DNA of 64,000 nucleotides, from contig NC_134032.1 in NCBI RefSeq assembly GCF_964204645.1, positions 13,628,275 through 13,692,274 of the forward strand. The letters run 5' to 3'. This DNA is from Tubulanus polymorphus. Lineage: Eukaryota; Animalia; Nemertea. The stretch's first letter is position 1; each line of letters opens with the position of its first letter. The notes beneath the pieces were generated by a model. That model was not told where the DNA came from. It worked only from the letters and a program-made list of their open reading frames with translations, and searched no databases. The translations under genes were made by a program, and so were the position numbers. Shown here piece by piece: positions 57,001 to 64,000 of this stretch.

Positions 57001-60000
57001 TGATTGGTAAATGGCTGATATCAAAATATGCTTTACTTTATCAGAATCAATGTTGAAGGAATGATCTGTTTGTGAAGAGATGTTGAGAGAAGATATTTCA
57101 GCATCTAAAAACATAAAATAGATGAAAAACTCATTTCTAAAGATGATATGACTTCCTTAAAAGAAAATTGAATTTTGGTCTGAATATACATACTACTTAT
57201 ATTTTGATTGTTATCAACGATGATTAGTTTCAGGGGCTGCTGCTGCTAGACTAGATCAAAATGATGTTCTTTATGGACTTGTTCATTACATAGAGGATCG
57301 ACCTTTAACATGACGTTGAACTGGAAATAGAATAAAACATTCTCCATTAATTCATTTTCAAACATAGAAACCAATAGGGAGGATTCCAATGTTACACTAT
57401 TCTACTAACATTCTACAGCACTTGAACGTCAAGTTTACCAGAAAGTGTTTCACTAAGGGTAAATTCTGCAGCACTTGGAATCCAACTCTCATGGGAACAA
57501 ACTGAAAATATAATGAAAGATTCATCACAAATATATTTTCACTCCTAGAAAACAAAATGGGGTCCAAGATTACACATTTCTTCTCACATACTGTAGCACA
57601 CCGATGCCGAGTTCACCAGTCTCTAACTGATGGTAGATTCTACAACTCTCGGATATCAAGTTGATCAGACAGCGTCTTACCAGCAACAGATTCTGCAGCA
57701 CTTTGAATCCAATTGTGGAATTTGTGAACGATTCTACACCAGTCGTTTCTAAATAAGTACAGAATTATATAGAAGATGAGTATTATCCTAAAGTGGCAGC
57801 CAAACGAAGCATAATTGATAATGGATATCAAACTCATATATGATTTACTTGGAATCAATGTCGCATGAATGGTCTGTTTGCAAATAGATGATGATATTGC
57901 ACCTCATCTGAAAGAAACAAATGGATGAAAAATACACTTCAAAAGATGATTAATAATTTCTTTAAAATGAAATTGAATTTCGGTCTGAATACAAACCACA
58001 TATATTTCTATCACAATCAACGATGAACTGTAAGTGTCGAGGGCTGTTGCTGTTGAGGTCCCATTGATCAAAATAAAAATTTCTGTTGACTTGAGAGAAT
58101 AAACCTCTTTCATGGTACTGTAAAAGAAAAGATTCTCAATAAATACATTTTCAAATTTAGAAACTGATAGGTACGGGTTTTCAATAATTACACTTTTACT
58201 CACATTCTGCAGCACTAAAATACCAAGTTCACCACAGATTGTCTCAGTAGGGGTCGATTCTGTAGGAGATTCTGTATCCATCTTACTAACATGGTACTGA
58301 ACATAGAATAAGAGAGTCTTTACGAATTCAATTTCAAACATAGAAACTTATGGGGTGGATTTCAAATTCTTTGCATTTCTACTCACATTTTGTAGCACTT
58401 GGATGCAATTCAGCGAGTCAGCGAGTTGCAAGTAGATCAGCATCTCACCAGTGACAGATTCTGCAGCACTCTTGAATCCAATTGTGGAATTTGTGAATGA
58501 TTCTACACCAGGGGTTTCTGAATCAGTACAAAATTGCATAAAAGGTGAATATTTGCAAAAAAGGGAAGCCAAAAATGGGAATAAATGGTAATGGCTGATA
58601 TCAAAATATGCTTTACTTTATCGGCATCAACGTTGAAGGAATGTTCTGTTTGTGAAGAGATGTTGAGAGAAGATATTTCAGCATCTAAAAACATGTAATA
58701 GATGGAAAACTCATTTCTAAAGATAATTGATGAATTCTTTAAAAGAAAATTGAATTTCGGTCAGCATACATACCACATTTCGATTGTAATCAATGAGGAA
58801 CTGTAAGTGTCAGGGGCTTCTGCTGCTGCTCAGACTTGATCTGAATAATGTTCTTTATGGACTTGTTCATTACTTAGAGGATCAACCTTTTACATCACGT
58901 TGAACTGAAAATAAAATAAATCATATTTCATTAATTCATTTTCAAACATAGAAACCAATAGGAAGATATTCAAATTTCACTCTTTTCTACTCACATTCTG
59001 CAGCACTTGGATGTTAAGTTTACCAGAAAGTGTTTCACTAGGGGTAAATTCTGCAGCACTTGAAATCCATCTCTTATCGGAATGAACTGAAAATATAATG
59101 AACGATTCATCACAAATATATTTTCACACCTAGAAAACAAATGTGGTCCAAGATTACACATTTCTTCTCACATTCCGAAGCACTTCAATGCTGAGTTCAT
59201 CAGTCTCTCACTGAGAGTTGATTCCACAACACTTGCATATCAAGTAGATCAGACAGCGTCTCACCAGTGACAGATTCTGCAGCATCCCGAATCCAAATGT
59301 GGAATTGTGAATGATTCCACACCAGGCATTTCTAAATCAGTACAAAATTATATAGAAGGTGAGTACTAGCTAAAAGTGGTGGCCAAAAGCGGGCATAATT
59401 AATGATGGATATCAAACTTATATGATTTACTTGGAATCAATGTCACATGAATGATCTGTTTGTGAATAGATGATGATATTGCACCACATCTGAAAGAAAC
59501 AAAAAAATGAAAAATGCACTTCAATAGATGATTAATGATTTCTTTAAAAGAAAATTGATTTCGGTCTGAATACAAACCACATTTCTATCGTAATCAACAA
59601 TGGACTGTAAGAGTCGGGGGCTGCTGCTGCTGCTCAGGCCAGGTCAAAATGACGTTCTTTATGGACTTGTTCATTACGAAGAGAGGATCAACCTTTTACA
59701 TGATGTTGAACTGAAAATAAAACGAATCATTTTTCATTAATTTTCAAGCATAGAAACCAATAGGAAGATATTCCAGTTTCACACTTTTCTACTCACATTC
59801 TACAGAACTTGGATATCAAGTTACCAAAAAGTGTTTCACTAGGGGTAAATTCTGTAGCACTTGGAATCCATCTCTTATCGGAATGAACTGTAAACATAAT
59901 GATAGATTCATTTTTCACACCTTGTAAACTAAAGGGTGGATTCTAAATTTCCATTTAAAAATTTCTTCTCACATTCTGTAGTACTTAGATGCTGAGTTCA

Positions 60001-62000
60001 CCTGACAAAGTCTCCCTGACGGTTGTTTCTACAATACTTGGATATGAAAGTTGCTAAGACAGCTTCTCACCAGTGACAGATTCTACAGCACTCTGAATCC
60101 AATTGTGGAATTTGTAAATGATTCCACACCAGGCATTTCTAAATAAGTACAAAATTATATAGAAGATGAGTATTAAATGTGGTGGCCAAAAGCGGGCATA
60201 ATTGATAATGGGTATCAAATTCATATATGATTTACTTGCAATCAATGTCACATGAATGATTTGTTTGCGAATAGATGATGATATTGCACCTCATCTGAAA
60301 GAAACAAATAGATGAAAAATACACACTTCAATCAGATGATTAATAATTTCTTTAAAATGGAATTGAATTTCGGTCTGAACACAAACCATTTATATTTCTA
60401 TCACAATCAACGATGCACTGTAAGTGTCGAGGGCTGCTGCTGTTGAGGTCCCATTGATCAAAATAAAAATTTCTGTTGACTTGAGAGAATCAACCTCTTC
60501 CATGGTACTGAACATCTGAAAGTAAAAGAAAAGATTCTCAATAAATACATTTTCAAATTTAGAAACTGATAGGTACGGGTTTTCAATAATTACACTTCTA
60601 CTCACATACTGCAGCACTAAAATACCAAGTTCACCACATATTGTCTCAGTAGGGGTCGATTCTGTAGGTGATTCTGTATCCATCTTACTAACATGGTACT
60701 GAACATAGAATAAGAGAGTCTTTACGAATTTATTTTCAAACAAAGAAACCAATAGGATGGATTTCGAATTTATTGCAATTCTACTCACATTCTGCAGTAC
60801 ATGGATGCAATGCATACCAGAAATAGTCTTGGGGGTTGATTCCGCAGCACTTGGAATCCATTTCACACGGCATTGACAACTGAAAATAAAATCAAAGATT
60901 CATTTTGCATTTATTCTCAAACTTAGAAAACAAAAGGGAGAATTTTCAAATTACACGTTTCTCCTCACATTCTGTGGCATTTTGTCACATGAATAATCTG
61001 TTTGTGAATAGATGATGATATCGCACCTCATCTGAAAGAAACAAATAAATGAAAAATACACACTTCAATCAGATGATTAATAATTTCTGTTAAAACAAAA
61101 TTGATTTCGGTCTGAATACAAACCACATTTCTATGGTAATCAACAATGGACAGTAAGAGTCGGGGGCTGCTGCTGCTGCTCAGGCCAGGTCAAAATGACG
61201 TTCTTTATGGACTTGTTCATTACGAAGAGAGGATCAACCTTTTACATGATGTTGAACTGAAAATAAAACGAATCATTTTTCATTAATTTTCAAGCATAGA
61301 AACCAATAGGAAGATATTCCAGTTTCACACTTTTCTACTCACATTCTACAGCACTTGGATATCAAGTTTACCAGAAAGTGGTTCACTAGGGGTAAAATTC
61401 TGTAGCACTTGGAATCCATCTCTTATCGGAATGAACTGTAAATATAATGAAAGATTCATTTTTCACACCTTGTAAACTAAAGAGTGGATTCTGAATTTTC
61501 ATTTAAAAATTTCTTCTCACATTCTGTAGTACTTAGATGCTGAGTTCACCAGTCAAAGTCTCCCCGACGGTTGTTTCTACAATACTTTGATATGAAAGTT
61601 GCTAAGACAGCTTCTCACCAGTGACAGATCCTGCAGCACTCTGAATCCAATTGTGGAATTTGTAAATGATTCCACACCAGGCACTTCTAAATAAGTACAA
61701 AATTATATAGAAGATGAGTATAAGCTAATTGTGGCAGCCAAAAGCGGGCATATTTTATAATGGGTATCAAATTCATATATGATTTACTTGGATTCAATGT
61801 CGCATGAATGATCTGTTTGTGAATAGATGATGATATTGCACCTCATCTGAAAGAAACAAATGGATGAAAAATACACTTCAAAAGATGATTAATAATTTCG
61901 TTAAAATGAAATTGAATTTCTGTCTGAATACAAACCACTTATATTTCTATCATAATCAACAATGGACTGTAAGTGTCAAAGGCTGCTGCCGCTTAGGTTC
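32400..62000. repeat. Higher-order repeat domain, ~10.2-10.8 kb period with nested 1.83-kb and ~4.1-kb duplications
   Basis: Near-identical ORF-track entries at constant offsets: 34881/45660/55813, 35274/46053/56206 and 36708/47487/57640 (10779 and 10153 bp); 34881/36708 (1827 bp); 48195/52293 (4098 bp). Confidence 0.92.
42004..42062. repeat. (CTG)n/(CAG)n microsatellite, ~19 triplets
   Basis: 13 CTG, one CGG, 5 CTG. Confidence 0.95.
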
Positions 62001-62612
62001 CATTGATCAAAATAAATTGCGAGAATCACCCTCTTTCAAGGTACTGAACTGAAAATCTGAAAATTAATGGAAGATTCTTAATAAATACATTTTAAAATTC
62101 AGAAACCGACGAGAAGGATTTTCCAATATCACACTTCTACTCACATTCTGCAGTACTAAAATACCAAGTTCACCACACATTGTCTCAGTAGGGGTCGATT
62201 CTGTAGGAGGTTCTGTATTAATCTTACATGGTTCTGAAAATGGAATAAGAGAGTCACTTAGAATTTCTTGCAATTCAACTCACATTCTGCAACACATTGG
62301 ATGTAATGCATACCAGACAGTCTCACTTGGGTAGATTCTGCAGCACTTGAAATCTATTTCACATGGCAATGAACTGCAAATATAATGAAAGATTCATCAC
62401 AATGATATTCTCACATCTAGAAAACAAAAGTGGGTCCAAGATTACATTTTTTCTCCCATACCGTAGCACTCCGATGCTGGGTTCACCAATCTCCAACTGA
62501 TGGTAGATTCTCTTGCATATCAAGTTGATCGTACAGCATCTCACCAGTAACAGATTCTGCAGCATTCAGAATCCAATTGTTGAATTTGTGAACGATTCTA
62601 CACCAGGCGTTT

Positions 62613-63910
62613 CTAAATCAGTACAAAATTGTATAAAAGGTGAGTATTATCCAAAAGTGGAAGCCAAAAATGGGAATAATTGGTAAATGGCTGATATCAA
62701 ACTTTGATAATATGTTTTACTCACTCAGAATCATTGTCAAATGAATGTCCGGTTTGTGACAAGATGTTGAGAGAAAAGATTTCAGCATCTAAAAACATAA
62801 AATAGATTAAAAAAACTCCTTTCTAAAAAGATGATTGATAATTTTGGTGTGAATAAATACCACTTATGATTTCGTTTGTAATCAGCAATGGACTGTAAGT
62901 GTCAGGGCTGCTGAAGCTGCTGCAAGCTAAATCAAAATGATGTTCTTCATGGACTTGTTCATCGCATAAAGGATCGATCTTTTACATGGTTTTGAACTTA
63001 AAATAAGATAAAACATTCTCTTTTCAAGTCATTTTGAAGCATAGAAACAAATAGGTTAGATTTCCAATTTGACACTTTTCTACTCACATTCTGCAGCGCT
63101 TGGACGTCAAGTTTACCAGACAGTGTTTCACTAGGGGTTGGATTCTGCAGCACTTGGAATTCATCTCTTATGGGAATGAACTGAAAATATAATGAAAGAT
63201 TCATCGTGAATACATTTTCACACCTAGAAAACAAAATGGAGTATTTCAATTTCCAATTTTACACATTTTTTCTCACATTCTGCAGCACTTTGATGCTGAG
63301 TTCACCAATCTCTAACTGATGGTAGATTCCAAAATACTTGTATATCAACGTTGATCAGACAGCGTCTCACCAGTAACAGATTCTGCAGCACCCTGAATCC
63401 AATTGTGGAATTTGTGAATGATTCTACACCCGACATTTCTAAATCAGTACAAAATTATATAAAAAGTGAGTATTATCCAAAAGTGAAAGCCAAAAATGGG
63501 AATAATTGGTAAATGGCTGATATCAAACTTTGATAATATGTTTTACTCACTCAGAATCAATGTCAAATAAATGTTCTGTTTGTGACAAAATGTTGAGAGA
63601 AGAGACTCAGCATCTAAAAACATAAAATAGATGAAAAACTCATTTCTAAAGATGATTGATCATTTTGGTCTGAGTACATACCACTTATAATTTCGATTGT
63701 AATCAATTATATGAACTGTAAGTGCTTCTGCTGCTGCTGCTCAGGCCATATCAAAATGATGTTCTGTATGGACTTACTTGTTCATTACTTATAGAATCAG
63801 CCTTTTACATGGTATTGAACTGAAAATAGAATAAAACATTCCCAATTAATTCATTTTCAAACATAGAATCCAATAGGGAGGATTTCCAATTTAGCACAAT
63901 TTCTACTCAC
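62613..63910 (-). other. Worked example: eight consecutive predicted-exon boundaries giving seven canonical GT-AG introns
   Basis: Introns: 63820-63910 (GTGAGT..TTTTCAG, 91 nt), 63614-63681 (GTATGT..TTTTTAG, 68), 63439-63550 (GTGAGT..GATTTAG, 112), 63181-63276 (GTGAGA..TTTTCAG, 96), 62997-63087 (GTGAGT..TTTTAAG, 91), 62789-62860 (GTATTT..TTTTTAG, 72), 62613-62724 (GTGAGT..GATTTAG, 112). Exons between them: 138, 63, 162, 93, 136 and 64 nt. Confidence 0.75.
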
Positions 63911-64000
63911 ACTCTGCAGCACTTGGATATCAAGGTTACCAGAAAGTGTTTCACTAGGGGTAAATTCTGTAGCACTTGGAATTCAACTCTCATAGGAATG

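Larger units (their letters stand above)
1..64000. repeat. Complex tandem array of a ~0.8-1.1 kb module, running off both window ends
   Basis: The same ordered blocks (ctcaccagtgacagattctgcagcac / ttacttac / catctgaaagaaac / gggctgctgctg / gaactgaaaataaaa / ttctactcacattctgcagcacttgg) recur throughout. Example period: 63087 to 63910 = 823 bp. Confidence 0.97.
1..64000 (-). ncRNA. Putative giant multi-exon non-coding transcript (or pseudogene) built from a repeated 4-exon module
   Basis: Alternating donors (GTGAGT, GTATGT, GTAAGT, GTGAGA) and polypyrimidine-YAG acceptors on the minus strand define 68-112 nt introns. Exon C at 63682-63819 has stops in all three frames. No expression evidence is available. 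Confidence 0.55.

Noticed and set aside
33072-60866. Recurrent 60-158 aa ORF families (MDTESPTES..., MIPSKSY..., MFLDAEISS...)
   Set aside because: They recur only because the DNA is duplicated, read through predicted introns (for example VLQN|VS), and change frame between copies.

Overview
AT-rich eukaryotic DNA (an animal, probably an invertebrate) that is almost entirely tandemly repeated, with no intact protein-coding gene. What looks like a complex satellite of 0.8-1.1 kb period reads on the minus strand as a regular four-exon/four-intron module. The introns are short (about 68-112 nt) GT-AG introns with good donor and polypyrimidine-YAG acceptor consensus. The module is repeated roughly 55-60 times (hand estimate, about 200 putative exons), and the exons keep no consistent reading frame. 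The best interpretation is a giant multi-exonic repeat lncRNA or the relic of a repeat-protein gene. Embedded in it are: 53-bp minisatellite expansions inside exons; three G-rich cassettes with 32/35/46-bp minisatellites; four copies of an ~860-bp non-autonomous hAT-like transposon (12-bp TIRs, zinc-finger transposase fragment) carried in a 2.7-kb tandem repeat; a 103-bp captured exon/intron fragment of an ionotropic glutamate receptor-family gene; CTG/CAG tracts; and 4.4-kb and ~10-kb higher-order duplications. Everything was read by eye, so array edges are approximate and transcription is inferred, not shown.
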